Shown: positions 37,197 through 37,238 of the stretch, piece by piece | Numbering within the stretch: position 1 is the first letter of the stretch | Layout of the letters: each line of letters begins with the position of its first letter | Sequence record: SRR2962707_3290 | Strand: one strand, 5' to 3' | DNA length: 37,238 nt | Notes under the pieces: generated by a model | Database searches by the model: none | The model's input: the letters and a program-made list of their open reading frames with translations, nothing else | Told to the model about the DNA's origin: nothing | Translations under genes and position numbers: made by a program

Positions 37197-37238
37197 TGGC
37201 GGAGAGAGAGGGATTCGAACCCTCGAGACGGTTCCCCG
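37197..37238 (-). tRNA. 3' half of tRNA-Ser (truncated by window end)
   Basis: Minus strand CGGGGAACCGTCTC-GAGGG-TTCGAAT-CCCTC-TCTCTCC-G-CCA: long variable arm, T arm, G discriminator, encoded CCA; anticodon outside the window. Confidence 0.85.

Noticed and set aside
1-37238. CRISPR arrays, IS elements, prophage or anti-phage defence genes
   Set aside because: No spaced direct repeats and no transposase, integrase, nuclease or phage motifs found in any frame

Overview
GC-rich alphaproteobacterial DNA (Hyphomicrobiales-like: Rhizobiales-type palindromic repeat, acidic periplasmic binding proteins). It is almost entirely accessory catabolism and uptake genes, ending at the 3' half of a tRNA-Ser. 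The centrepiece (6564-23271) is an aromatic or N-heteroaromatic degradation locus whose substrate cannot be named from sequence. Its 12-gene, mostly translationally coupled minus-strand operon encodes a cupin, Rieske oxygenase alpha subunit, SDR, alpha/beta hydrolase, extradiol dioxygenase, atypical SDR, ThDP enzyme, aspartate dehydrogenase-like protein, aldehyde dehydrogenase, adrenodoxin-reductase-type reductase, flavodoxin and pentapeptide-repeat protein. A central IclR gene follows, then a plus-strand operon (small HTH-like protein, NitT/TauT ABC importer, FAD monooxygenase). The two operons share a near-identical 36-bp promoter/operator block in inverted orientation. Unusually, the only redox partners encoded for the Rieske enzyme are a flavodoxin and its reductase. 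Flanking modules: GntR + degenerate M24-fold enzyme + Fe3+/polyamine-type ABC importer; a second IclR + ABC importer; a decayed patch with two pseudogenes and a 105-bp palindromic repeat; an operon with a signal-less binding-protein-fold protein, ABC importer, cytosine/pterin deaminase-like enzyme and MarR; and a Tat-exported flavin amine/amino-acid oxidoreductase with cytochrome c. No CRISPR, integrase, transposase or defence genes were seen. All calls come from motif recognition by eye, not database searches.
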